Shown here: positions 20,403 through 29,938 of the stretch, piece after piece
How positions within the stretch are numbered: the first letter of the stretch is position 1
Layout: each line of letters begins with the position of its first letter
DNA from: Sedimentisphaerales bacterium
GTDB taxonomy: Bacteria; Planctomycetota; Phycisphaerae; Sedimentisphaerales; SM23-30
Reading direction: 5' to 3'
Length of the DNA stretch: 64,000 nucleotides
Assembly (NCBI GenBank): GCA_963663965.2
Contig: CAXXFK010000042.1
Location: 96,001 to 160,000 of the forward strand
The notes under the pieces: generated by a model
What the model was told of the DNA's origin: nothing
The model's database searches: none
What the model saw: the letters and a program-made list of their open reading frames with translations, nothing else
Translations under genes and position numbers: made by a program

Positions 20403-20577
20403 GGGATGGTGTTGGGTGGCGATTATTTGGGTTGGGATTTTTGTTTGATTGGTTGGGGAGATTGATTATAATGAGGGTCAGGACAGGGTTGTCCGGCGCT
20501 GAGTCAGGAAGACGGACCGAATACATAAGATATTGTTTGATCTGTATATCTGTCTGTCTTGATTTTCAGGAGTTGTT

Positions 20578-22134
20578 ATGAGTACTGAAGAAAACGGGCG
20601 TGAAACGGTAGAGGCAAGTGGTCCGGAAGAGAAAGAATCGAAGCGCGAGGCGGGCCGGCCGGGACGGGGGCCGAAGCGTCGATTGCGGCGGAGTTGGGGG
20701 GGCTGGATTGGAGTGCTGACGCGCCGGGGGCTCTGGCTGGGGTTGGTGGCGGCGGTGGTGGCGATACCGATGGTGTGGCGGTTTATGCCGCAGCAATACG
20801 AGGCGACGGTGGCTGTTCAGATCAAGAAGATAATAAACAGCTTCATTTTTGGTGATGAGACGACGGATCGGCCGATGCCGAATTATGAAAGTTTTCGGAA
20901 TACCCAGGCGGAATATCTAGTCAGTCCACTTGTTATGGATGAAGTGGCTAATCAATTGGGAAAAGAGAAAATCTCTCTAAATATTTTAAGGGCTAAACCT
21001 GATGGTTTCTTTCGATTATTGAAAGAAATCTGGATACGTAAAGACTTGTCGCTCTGGTTCCGGGAGAGTTCTGGACTTGAGAATCGACTTATGAAGCTGG
21101 TCGATAACGGGACGATTGTTGCGGTTCCGCAACCTGACAGCGAAATGATAACAGTGACAATGAGGCATACAGATCCAGACGAGGCGCTGCGAATTGTGAG
21201 AGCGATTTGTATGGCATATATGCTGAAGATTGTCAGGCCGATGGAAGTTCATGAGACTGGGAAATTACGTGATTTACATGTTGAAAAGGATCAGTTTTGC
21301 AGATCTATACTGAATTTACGGGAAAGGATTCAGGAAATTGCTATGAAATATGGCACAGGCGATCTGGAGCGGTGGCAGGAAGTTACGATGGAACGCAAAG
21401 TGGCAATTGCTAAGAGAGTCGGTGAACTGGAACGGGAAAAGGTCGCTATCGAAGGTGAGCTGGCTAAACTGGAAGGACAGAATGGTACGGAATCGTCGAT
21501 TCCAGCAGTAGAAGATGAACTACTCAAGCAGGATTATATTAATAAGGATCCGCAGGTACAAAGCCTGATCCGAAATATCATTGAAGTACAGGAGCAGCTA
21601 ATTAAGGCTCATGAAATACTAAGTGAACAAAATCCGGAGCTGTGTCGGCTGCAAAACAGGCTGGTTCTATTACAATCAGCGTTGAATAAACGTAAGACGG
21701 AACTGGAACAGAGCTATTATGAGTTGCGGATGGGGGGGGCTGGTGCGGTAAGCAGTGTAGCTATGGCCCAAGCGATCAGGGAAGAGCCTATGCGATCGAT
21801 CAAAGAGCAGTTGGAGAACCGCGACGATGAGCTTGACAAGTTAAAGACAGAATTAGAAAGACTGGAGAAAGATTATAAAAACGCGGGCCGGGATTTATTG
21901 GAAATGTGGCAACGGCAAGATGACCTGACAATTCTTAAGCCAATATACGACAGGATAATGACTCGAATATATCAATTGGAAATTGAATTGTCAAGACGGC
22001 CGGGCCGGATTGAGGTGCCGTATGAACCGACATCAAATGCGTTGCCTGATCTGCGCGGGTGGATTACGTTCTGGCTGGGTGGTGGGATTGGGGTGGCGGT
22101 TGTTGGGATCTTTCTGTTGCGGAAGGTTGGTTGA
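20578..22134 (+). CDS. GumC/Wzc-like polysaccharide chain-length / coiled-coil membrane protein (no kinase domain)
   Basis: N-terminal TM + PQQYEATV; NTQAEYLVS; long coiled coil with SEQNPEL; C-terminal TM. Confidence 0.7.
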   Translation: MSTEENGRETVEASGPEEKESKREAGRPGRGPKRRLRRSWGGWIGVLTRRGLWLGLVAAVVAIPMVWRFMPQQYEATVAVQIKKIINSFIFGDETTDRPMPNYESFRNTQAEYLVSPLVMDEVANQLGKEKISLNILRAKPDGFFRLLKEIWIRKDLSLWFRESSGLENRLMKLVDNGTIVAVPQPDSEMITVTMRHTDPDEALRIVRAICMAYMLKIVRPMEVHETGKLRDLHVEKDQFCRSILNLRERIQEIAMKYGTGDLERWQEVTMERKVAIAKRVGELEREKVAIEGELAKLEGQNGTESSIPAVEDELLKQDYINKDPQVQSLIRNIIEVQEQLIKAHEILSEQNPELCRLQNRLVLLQSALNKRKTELEQSYYELRMGGAGAVSSVAMAQAIREEPMRSIKEQLENRDDELDKLKTELERLEKDYKNAGRDLLEMWQRQDDLTILKPIYDRIMTRIYQLEIELSRRPGRIEVPYEPTSNALPDLRGWITFWLGGGIGVAVVGIFLLRKVG

Positions 22135-22183
22135 TGGTCTTTTACAGAATGGGGGCCCACAATAGACGTCCGTATGGTGGGAT

Positions 22184-22285
22184 GGTTGGGAGAGAGACGC
22201 GAGGCATCGCGTCTCTACGTGGGGCATTTGAGATTTGAGAGATCAGCCTTTTGTCTTTAAGGAGGGATAGCACGCTGAAGCGTGG
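22184..22285. repeat. REP-like palindrome cluster, copy 2
   Basis: 41-bp unit 22184-22224, 38/41 identical to copy 1 (GTAGAGACGCGA..TCGCGTCTCT on the minus strand); CACGCtgaaGCGTG at 22271-84. Confidence 0.7.
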
Positions 22286-22308
22286 ATTCCTTACGTGGAG
22301 TTCGAACT

Positions 22309-23673
22309 TCAGCTGAAGCGTTGGCTGAGGCGGTTGAGGATGGTTTCGGTTTCCCATTGGGGGTGACGGGAGCATTGGGCGGTTTCGCTGGCGGTGTTGC
22401 CCAGGTTGATGACGATGCCGGATTTTTTTTCGATGGTGTTCCAGGAGCAGAACTGGATATCGTGATGTTCTGACATCTGAATGATCTGGGCGCGGAGAGC
22501 GGGCCGGCCGCGATTGGCGCGGAGGTAAGGGGGCGCGACGGGCGGAACGCCGGGCAGGCGATGGTTGAGCAGGCCGTTGCGGTCGAGGCGATCGAAGTGG
22601 CCGTCTGCAACCAGGCCGAAGCGGATATCGATTTCTTTGAGCCGGGTGGCGATTTGGGGATCGATCACGGCGCAGCCAGTCAGGTCGCAGCCGGTGAAGT
22701 TCCGCATGAGATTGAGTTTGATGGCCCAGTCGAGCCGGTCGGAGACCGCTAGCGGTCCGGCGGCCAGCAGGTCCAGGGTTTCCTGCCAGAGTTGGCAGGC
22801 ATAACCGGCCCAGGGCGGCAGGTGTTCGGAGTGAAGGTGGGCGCGGACGATATCGAGATAGCGGCGCTGGATGCCCAGGGCGCTGTCGTGGGCGCCTCCG
22901 GCAAGCCGGACAGTCCGGGTCAGATCGAGGGTGGCGGTGAAGTCATTGAAAACCTGTAGTTCGCTATTTTCCAGAAAATCCACCGGTGGGCGAGAAAGCA
23001 AGCCGGCTTCGATCAGTTTAAGGATCAAGGCCGTGGTCGCGTATTTTAAAAAGAGAGCGGTTTGCGAAAACAGGCTGTCGCCGTGATTGATGTGGATCGA
23101 ACAGCGCCGATCCGGTTCGCGGCGGATGCAGGTGTCGATAATGGTGCGCTGTTTGGGGCCGTTGACACCGGTGAGATGGCGAACACGGGGTGACAGGGTG
23201 AACCAGGCGTTATCCATATGTTTGTAGTCGAGGCCGCCCGATCCGGTATAGATGATCCGTGAGACGAGATGGGGCATGATCTGCCGGGCGTAGGCACTGG
23301 CCTGAGGGCGGGTACTCTGGTAATTTTCGTGGCAGCCCCAGGTGTGACCGAGGTAATCGACATTGGTCCGGATCAGCTGGAATTCGCATGCCTGTGCTTC
23401 GCGGGCGAGGATGTCTTCGATGACTTTGAGGTTGTAGATGAGGTCCCAGGGATTGAAACATTCGCAGGTGCAGCCTTCGGGATGGTGGCCGGCGTCGATG
23501 TAGAATCGGCCCCACTCCCAGAAGAAGCCGTTGGGTCCGGGCAGGGTATGGTAGTTGGCCTGGCAACGGGACAATAGCCCAGGAGCGAGGCGCTCCTGAG
23601 CTTTACGGCTGTACCCGAGAATGCCGAATTCGCGTTCTTCACCAAAACAGCACATGGATTCAATACGGGTCAT
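22309..23673 (-). CDS. PafA/Dop (Pup-ligase / PafA2) family protein
   Basis: FGEEREFG; GRFYIDAGHHPEGCTCEC; NVDYLGHTWGCHENY; IHINHGDSLFSQTALFLKYATTALILKLIEAG; LDWAIK. Confidence 0.9.
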   Translation of the reverse strand: MTRIESMCCFGEEREFGILGYSRKAQERLAPGLLSRCQANYHTLPGPNGFFWEWGRFYIDAGHHPEGCTCECFNPWDLIYNLKVIEDILAREAQACEFQLIRTNVDYLGHTWGCHENYQSTRPQASAYARQIMPHLVSRIIYTGSGGLDYKHMDNAWFTLSPRVRHLTGVNGPKQRTIIDTCIRREPDRRCSIHINHGDSLFSQTALFLKYATTALILKLIEAGLLSRPPVDFLENSELQVFNDFTATLDLTRTVRLAGGAHDSALGIQRRYLDIVRAHLHSEHLPPWAGYACQLWQETLDLLAAGPLAVSDRLDWAIKLNLMRNFTGCDLTGCAVIDPQIATRLKEIDIRFGLVADGHFDRLDRNGLLNHRLPGVPPVAPPYLRANRGRPALRAQIIQMSEHHDIQFCSWNTIEKKSGIVINLGNTASETAQCSRHPQWETETILNRLSQRFS

Positions 23674-23828
23674 TCGCCGGACTCCTGCTCGACGCGTTCG
23701 CGCAGGAAGGTCTGGCTGTCGGACGAAAGGGCATCCTGGATGATCTGGCTGCCCATCTGCAACAGGGACGTTTCATTCTGACGATTGACATCGGTGCGAC
23801 AACATTTTTCACTTTCTGTCATAGGCAT
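23670..23828 (-). CDS. Pup/UBact-like small protein modifier, 52 aa (absent from the ORF track)
   Basis: MPMTESEKCCRTDVNRQNETSLLQMGSQIIQDALSSDSQTFLRERVEQESGE*; AAGGAG RBS; stop overlaps the ligase start (ATGA). Confidence 0.85.
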   Translation of the reverse strand: MPMTESEKCCRTDVNRQNETSLLQMGSQIIQDALSSDSQTFLRERVEQESGE

Positions 23829-23876
23829 GGGTAATTCTCCTTAAATGACATGGTTGGGATTAATAGACAGGTAACA

Positions 23877-25670
23877 CTATGAATTCGGATCCGAAACGTT
23901 TAAGTTATCGATCATTTGTAACAGGCGCTGGTTGAGCAGATGAACGCAGGTTTGCAGATCAGGCTTGCCGTAGAACCAGTCCAGAGGGTAGCGGATTTTG
24001 AGATCGGCGAGTTCGGCGTCGATACGGCTGTTGGCGAAACGGTTGTAACGGGTGAACAGCAGCCGCTGCTGGACGCGGGGCAGGAAATAGCGCAGCAGGA
24101 TTTCCCAGCCGGGCCGGTCGCGGTAGTCGGAAATGTCGGGATATCCGCAGACAATAGCCGGGGAGAGGCTGTCGCCGGAGTATTGCCGGCCGAGGAAAGC
24201 CACCAGCAATTCGGCAGAATAGCTGATGGTCAATGATTCGGGATTAAAATGGTCGGACCGGATCAGATCAACGGCCATCTCGTTACGGTAGTAATCGAGA
24301 ATGGGGATCAGGCGCTGATGCATGTCGTGCATTCTGGTGATCTTGTCGGGTGTGGCAATGAGGATGAGTCTCAGACCGGGCTTGCGCCGGCATTCATGAT
24401 GGAGCAGCGAAATGGTTTGGGGATCGATCGGGGTATCCGTTTTTAAAACGTGGGATTCCGATTCGAATTTCCGGCGTGTTTCGCGACATTCATATTTGAC
24501 GCTCTGGCTGGTGGTGAGCTGTTCGATCCGGGTGAGGATATCGGGCAATAAGGGGTGGACGGCTGCCTGTGTTTGCGCGTTCTGGCGGGCCAGTTTGTAA
24601 TAGCGCAAGGCGGTTCTTTTTTCGCCGGACAGATCGCCCAGTCGGTGATAAACCGGGACAAAGAATCGGTGGCCGGCGCAGCAGGTACGCCTGAGAATGC
24701 TCAGCGCGCGGCTATAGCATTTGCGCGCCAGGGTGTGGTGTCCCGTGCGGTAGTACCATTCGCCGCGCAGGCGGAAGTAGACGGCGAAGTCCGGATGGTT
24801 TAATTTGCGGTAGGTCTGCCAGAGCAGTCTGCCGGTATTTTTCAGGTATGCCCTAGTGGTGAGGATGGCATCAGGTCCCTCCAATTCGAGCTTGCATTCC
24901 GCCAGGGTCAACATGGCGCGGACCACCTGAGGGCTGGCCATGGCGTAGTTTTTGATGAAATGAGCGAGCGCCTGTACGGACAGGGTTTGGGCCTGCCGCC
25001 AGTTGCCGGCGAGGGCATGGAGTTCGGCGATGTGGTGCTGAATTTCCATGGTGCGTGAATGGTGGGCGCCGTAGCACTGGACGAAATCGGCATGGGCCTT
25101 ATTGAGAATGAACAGGGCATCGTTGTAATAGCCCAGCTCGACCAGCAGGCTGCCCAGTCGGTAAAAGGCGTGTGCCGTATTGCTGTCTCGAACGGGGTAT
25201 CGGGTATTATAGTACTGAATAGCGGGTTTGATCAGTTGGTAGGCGGCTTGGTAGTCGCCATAGCGGGTGTGGATACAGGCCGCATTGACCTGATAAAATG
25301 CGCGGTTCGAACTGCTGTTGGGCATGCCGAGTACCTGGGAGATTAAAACCACGGCCTGGTTAAACTCGGCCAGTTCCATCAGGCAGATACTCAGGTTGTT
25401 GAGATAGGTCGTATCGTTGGGCGTCTGCTCGAGAGCCTGGATATAGGCCTGGGTGGCTTCGGTGAGATGGCCCGCCCGTTTGGAGGACAGTCCCAGCCAG
25501 TTGTAGATATCCGCCACGCCGGAGGGCCGATCGTCAGGCGGAATGCGATAGAAGCAGGCCAGCGCCATGCGGTAATAGCGGGCAGATTTGCGGAATTCGC
25601 CACGAGTAAAACATTCTCCGCCCGCACTGCAGCAGGCAGTCATACGCTCCTTTGGGGTTACCATAGACAC
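23877..25670 (-). CDS. Tetratricopeptide repeat protein with an unknown C-terminal domain
   Basis: Repeated TPR patterns (YNWLGL..., YLNNLSI..., AFYRLGSLL...) with kinesin-light-chain-like linkers (YGAHH, LNHPD). Confidence 0.8.
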   Translation of the reverse strand: MSMVTPKERMTACCSAGGECFTRGEFRKSARYYRMALACFYRIPPDDRPSGVADIYNWLGLSSKRAGHLTEATQAYIQALEQTPNDTTYLNNLSICLMELAEFNQAVVLISQVLGMPNSSSNRAFYQVNAACIHTRYGDYQAAYQLIKPAIQYYNTRYPVRDSNTAHAFYRLGSLLVELGYYNDALFILNKAHADFVQCYGAHHSRTMEIQHHIAELHALAGNWRQAQTLSVQALAHFIKNYAMASPQVVRAMLTLAECKLELEGPDAILTTRAYLKNTGRLLWQTYRKLNHPDFAVYFRLRGEWYYRTGHHTLARKCYSRALSILRRTCCAGHRFFVPVYHRLGDLSGEKRTALRYYKLARQNAQTQAAVHPLLPDILTRIEQLTTSQSVKYECRETRRKFESESHVLKTDTPIDPQTISLLHHECRRKPGLRLILIATPDKITRMHDMHQRLIPILDYYRNEMAVDLIRSDHFNPESLTISYSAELLVAFLGRQYSGDSLSPAIVCGYPDISDYRDRPGWEILLRYFLPRVQQRLLFTRYNRFANSRIDAELADLKIRYPLDWFYGKPDLQTCVHLLNQRLLQMIDNLNVSDPNS

Positions 25671-25702
25671 ACACTCCCCTGGAAATAGTATAGAGTTAGT
25701 TG

Positions 25703-26005
25703 TTATTCAGTCGGGTAATAGCTTTCAATCAGTTTGAGTGAGCGGGCCGCCCGGCCTTCGCCGGGATGGCGGTCCAGAAACACTTTTAAAAGCGACTGGC
25801 ATTGTCGATATTGTTTTCGGTATAATAACAATGCCGCCAGAAGATCGGTATACCGCCAGTTGTCATCTGACGGTTGGTTCGATGTGGCACGCAGCATATC
25901 GATCGCCATATCGAAATGGCCATGCCGAATCAGTGTTCTGGCCTGGCGATACAGGCTGAATAAATTTCCCTTGTTCATCGTTGATACCTGTTTATAATTA
26001 TTCAT
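25703..26005 (-). CDS. Small TPR-like protein
   Basis: ARTLIRHGHFDMAIDML...LAALLLYRKQY...FLDRHP helical repeat pattern. Confidence 0.6.
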   Translation of the reverse strand: MNNYKQVSTMNKGNLFSLYRQARTLIRHGHFDMAIDMLRATSNQPSDDNWRYTDLLAALLLYRKQYRQCQSLLKVFLDRHPGEGRAARSLKLIESYYPTE

Positions 26006-26299
26006 TGCGATAGAAAACTTACCGTTGCTTATTGCAACACTGATGGTATACTAAACATAAAGTTTTTTGAGAAGCTCTTAAGCAAGTTCTAAATAAATTA
26101 ATAGCAAGGAAACGGGCCCTTGCCAGTCTTAGTATTTCGCCTGAGTCGAAACGCTTTAAGCCAATCGATATTTTGCCTGAAAAGGTCGAAAATAATCAAT
26201 GTTGACTTTGGCAGATGAGAAGAAATTATCGTGATTGGCCGCAATAAAGGTGATTATAAGCGAGGTTCATGTAAAAAAAATAAAAAAGGGTAGAGAATC

Positions 26300-27406
26300 A
26301 TGAAAATTGAATTCTGTCTGCAGGAACTGATCAAGAAGCATAATATCAATTCGTACGGTTTACAGCGCAAGCTGGCGGAGAAAACGAAAAAACACACCCA
26401 GACCATCGCTAAAATAGTGAATAACCAGGCGTCGGCGCTTTCGGTAGAGACCCTGGAAATTATCTGCGAGTGGCTGGTGGATAATGGGGTGCCGGCCAAG
26501 GATTTGCCGCAGGCCTTGTTCAAGCAGACATCGTATGGCTTGTTTGATGCCCTGACCCACAAGAAAAACATGATCGTTTACCTGGGTGAGTCTTGTCAGC
26601 AGAGCCCGGACAAAGGGCCGGCGATTCGCTGGATTTCGCGTCGTGACGCCCAGGTGGAGAATCTGATTGTCAAGGAACTTTCCAGACAGTCCGCCCCTTT
26701 GACGATCGAGACGCGTTATGTTTCGGCCACGTTCAAGTATCATCCGGAAATGAATTATGAGGCTGAAGCGGCCAAGGATATTGAGAATTCCCGGGTATTG
26801 TATCAGGATATGGCGGGCCGGGTCGATCAAAGCGCCATGGTTCTGATCGGATCACAGCGGGCCAATTACCTGGTGGAACATTATATTGCCAACATGTTTC
26901 ATTGCCGGCCGTTTCAGCCGACAGCCAATCCGGGGGAAGAGGTGCCGTTTTATATCCGCTTCCGCAGCAAAGATCCGAATCTGGCCAGCGTATTTGGCGG
27001 GGCTGAATTGCCGGGGGGGTATGATGAAGATACGGATGAGGCCGGGATTCTGTTTCGTAATACAGAGAACAAGTGGGTATTCTGGCCGTGGGAGGAAAAG
27101 AAGCAATATGTCGCCCTGGCGATTGTGGAGTATACTCCGGGTCCGCAGAATATTGTCGTCTGTCTGTTTGGCTTTTCAGGCATGGCGACTGAATTGGTGG
27201 GTGAGTGTTTGGTTCGACAGGAGATCGATGGATTGTGGCCGCCCAGGATTCAGATTAAAAAGAAAAAGTATTCGATTGTGCTATGCAAATTCACGGTGCC
27301 GGAAGGATTCGATCTGGAAAACAACAAAGATTTTAATCTGATCGATAAAGAATTTGTCAGTCTGAATCATGAGATAGTCAAAAATCATATGAAGACCAAT
27401 AAGTGA
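26300..27406 (+). CDS. XRE/HTH_26-like regulator with a C-terminal alpha/beta (putative sensor) domain
   Basis: N-term QRKLAEK...TIAKIVNN...LSVETLEIICEWL; divergent from the TPR-Pup operon. Confidence 0.7.
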   Translation: MKIEFCLQELIKKHNINSYGLQRKLAEKTKKHTQTIAKIVNNQASALSVETLEIICEWLVDNGVPAKDLPQALFKQTSYGLFDALTHKKNMIVYLGESCQQSPDKGPAIRWISRRDAQVENLIVKELSRQSAPLTIETRYVSATFKYHPEMNYEAEAAKDIENSRVLYQDMAGRVDQSAMVLIGSQRANYLVEHYIANMFHCRPFQPTANPGEEVPFYIRFRSKDPNLASVFGGAELPGGYDEDTDEAGILFRNTENKWVFWPWEEKKQYVALAIVEYTPGPQNIVVCLFGFSGMATELVGECLVRQEIDGLWPPRIQIKKKKYSIVLCKFTVPEGFDLENNKDFNLIDKEFVSLNHEIVKNHMKTNK

Positions 27407-27671
27407 AGCAACTTGTGTTTTGACGGACCTGAGCATTGGCAGTCATTGACCCAAAGCGGTAAATTAGATCAACCTGACCCTAAACCGGCAGTGCCGGAAC
27501 CAAACAGGGTCACAGTGGCATCCGCCTCCCTGCTGAGATTTCTTTGCCATTTTGCGCAAGATTTCACTCGTAAGAGACTAAAATAGCTTGTATTTTAAAC
27601 GAATTGATATTAGAATTATCAATATAAATAAAGTTTGTGAAAAGGTATCTTGCCATTGGAGGAAAGCTAAA

Positions 27672-28355
27672 GTGAATCAGTGTGTCTGGATAGTATTTTG
27701 GGCTATTGGCGGCCTGATTGGGATTGTCCACCAGGTTAATGCTACCCTGATCGGATTTGTGCTGGAAGGGCAATTACAAGCCACGCAGGCAGACTATGGT
27801 CAGTTAGATGGCGCTCGAATTCGGTTGAGTTATACGGCGGATTCGCAGGCAACGCCGACGAATACGCGATCGTTTTCGGGTGGGGTTACCTCGTTTTTTG
27901 ACGTGTTTACCATGACCTGTCAGATTACGGATCGACCTGATGGGGCTGATGATATTTTAAATCTGAGCGTCAAGAATGATCCGATGGCGATTAATTTCTT
28001 TGAATCGCAAAGTGACAATGACCGGTTCACATTCGATAGCCGAACCTGGATGCTGCCGATGGGGGACTGGGATGAGATTGAACTGGATGTCAGTTCGTGG
28101 GGAATAGAATTCAGTACCAATGGCTTTTTTGGAGGTACTGACGCAGTGCCGGATTTGACATTTTTAGATGGCATGAATGCTAATGACTGGGTGGTTAGGC
28201 GATACCCGGAAATCACCGAGGAGTCCAGTGGAGATGAATATTCGATATCAGAGATATCATTGACTTTTGTGCCGGAGCCGGCAACGATTGGGCTGTTGAT
28301 GGTGGGAGGCATTCTGCTGAGGAAGCGGTTGTTGCTATCGTCGACACGTATCTAA
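27672..28355 (+). CDS. PEP-CTERM protein (GTG start after GGAGG)
   Basis: C-terminal VPEPATIGLLMVGGILLRKR; signal peptide. Confidence 0.88.
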   Translation: MNQCVWIVFWAIGGLIGIVHQVNATLIGFVLEGQLQATQADYGQLDGARIRLSYTADSQATPTNTRSFSGGVTSFFDVFTMTCQITDRPDGADDILNLSVKNDPMAINFFESQSDNDRFTFDSRTWMLPMGDWDEIELDVSSWGIEFSTNGFFGGTDAVPDLTFLDGMNANDWVVRRYPEITEESSGDEYSISEISLTFVPEPATIGLLMVGGILLRKRLLLSSTRI

Positions 28356-28365
28356 ATTAAGCGCA

Positions 28366-29892
28366 TTGGAAAAAGAAATGTGTCCTATTGAACCGATGAA
28401 AACTAAGTTACTAACCGTTTTATGTTTGTCTCAGTGTCTTGTGGGGGAGTTGACCTATCCGATTGTGGATACCGGTCAGGTCCGCTGTTATAACGATTCG
28501 GTGGAAATCGTGTTTCCTGAGGTGAGTTCACCGTTTTATGGTCAGGATGCCCATTATGCGGGGAACCAACCGGCCTATCAGGACAATAAAGACGGGACAG
28601 TTACCGATGAGGTGACCGGGTTGATGTGGTTAAGCGAGCCGGGTGAAAAGATGAGTTTTGACCAGGCAGTCGCCGGCGCGTCCCAATGCCGGGTAGGGGG
28701 ATATACCGACTGGCGGTTGCCGACGATTAAGGAACTGTATTCGTTGATCCTGTTCAGTGGGACCGATCCCGATCCGAGGGCGGCGGAAACCAATGCCTTG
28801 AAACCGTTTATCGATACCCGCTATTTCCATTTCAGTTATGGCGATCCTGCCGGCGGAGATCGGATTATCGATTCTCAATTTGCCACCTCGACCCTCTATC
28901 GAAGCAGGACGATGAACGGCAACGAAACCATGTTTGGCGTAAATTTCGCGGATGGCCGGATCAAGGGGTATCCGATACATATGCCGGGGAATCGGGAAAA
29001 GATCTATTATGTGCTGTATGTGCGCGGCAACCCGGAGTATGGCAGGAACCGTTTTGTCGATCATGGCGATGGCACGATTACCGATGAGGCTACCGGCCTG
29101 ATCTGGATGAAGCAGGACAGCGGTTACCTGAAAGCAGGAAAAGATGGTCGTTTGAACTGGGCCGAAGCACTGGAATGGGCTGAGAATCTCGAATACGCCG
29201 GCCGTTCGGACTGGCGGTTACCCAACGCCAAGGAATTGCAGAGCATTGTGGATTACAACCGTTGTCCGGATGTGACGGATTCCGCGGCGATCGATCCAAT
29301 CTTTGCAGTGACTGCTATTACCAACGAAGGAGGCAAGCGGGATTATCCCTATTACTGGACATCGACCTCGCATGTGAGGTTCAGTTCCGATACCGCGGGT
29401 GTTTATATTGCTTTTGGCCGGGCATTGGGATTGATGCAGGATCCGCGCACCGGCCGGAGAACCCTGATGGATGTCCACGGCGCGGGGGCCCAACGGTCCG
29501 ATGTGAAGGCCGGCGATCCGGATCAACTGCCCCAGGGACGCGGACCGCAAGGCGATATTATGCGGGTAACTAATTTTGCCCGATGTGTCTGCGGCGGGAC
29601 GGCCGATCCTCAGACTTCCGGGCCGGCTTTGGAGACGCGATCACCGCAGCAGGGAAACCGGCCGGGAAATCGATGGGGCCGACCCAATATGGGGCCGCCG
29701 ACAGGGGGGATGGGTGGTCCGGTGAATTGGGGAGCCCTATTTGTCCAGAGGCTGGATCGAAACGGCGATGGAAAAGTATCCCGGCAGGAATTTGACGGGC
29801 CGCCAGATCATTTTGGCGTGCTGGACAGGGATCATGATGGATTCTTAAGTCAGGATGAAGCGCCGGGACCGGTGTTTCGACCGGGGCCGTAA
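28366..29892 (+). CDS. Secreted protein with two DUF1566/Lcl domains and EF-hand motifs
   Basis: Two DNxDGTxTDxxTGLxW ... DWRLPxxKEL units; C-terminal DRNGDGKVSRQE and DRDHDGFLSQDE. Confidence 0.85.
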   Translation: MEKEMCPIEPMKTKLLTVLCLSQCLVGELTYPIVDTGQVRCYNDSVEIVFPEVSSPFYGQDAHYAGNQPAYQDNKDGTVTDEVTGLMWLSEPGEKMSFDQAVAGASQCRVGGYTDWRLPTIKELYSLILFSGTDPDPRAAETNALKPFIDTRYFHFSYGDPAGGDRIIDSQFATSTLYRSRTMNGNETMFGVNFADGRIKGYPIHMPGNREKIYYVLYVRGNPEYGRNRFVDHGDGTITDEATGLIWMKQDSGYLKAGKDGRLNWAEALEWAENLEYAGRSDWRLPNAKELQSIVDYNRCPDVTDSAAIDPIFAVTAITNEGGKRDYPYYWTSTSHVRFSSDTAGVYIAFGRALGLMQDPRTGRRTLMDVHGAGAQRSDVKAGDPDQLPQGRGPQGDIMRVTNFARCVCGGTADPQTSGPALETRSPQQGNRPGNRWGRPNMGPPTGGMGGPVNWGALFVQRLDRNGDGKVSRQEFDGPPDHFGVLDRDHDGFLSQDEAPGPVFRPGP

Positions 29893-29898
29893 ATTTTA

Positions 29899-29932
29899 AG
29901 GGTACCTCTAAAGCCGTTTTTAGAGGTACCCT
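29899..29932. terminator. Perfect 14-bp hairpin between convergent genes
   Basis: AGGGTACCTCTAAA / TTTAGAGGTACCCT. Confidence 0.7.
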
Positions 29933-29938
29933 GATCGA

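Noticed and set aside
27436..27530. Possible c-di-GMP-I riboswitch (GACCCAAAGC, CCTAAACC, TGACCCT/AGGGTCA stem)
   Set aside because: The GGCAAA / GNRA P2 element and the expected spacing are missing; only a generic hairpin is supported
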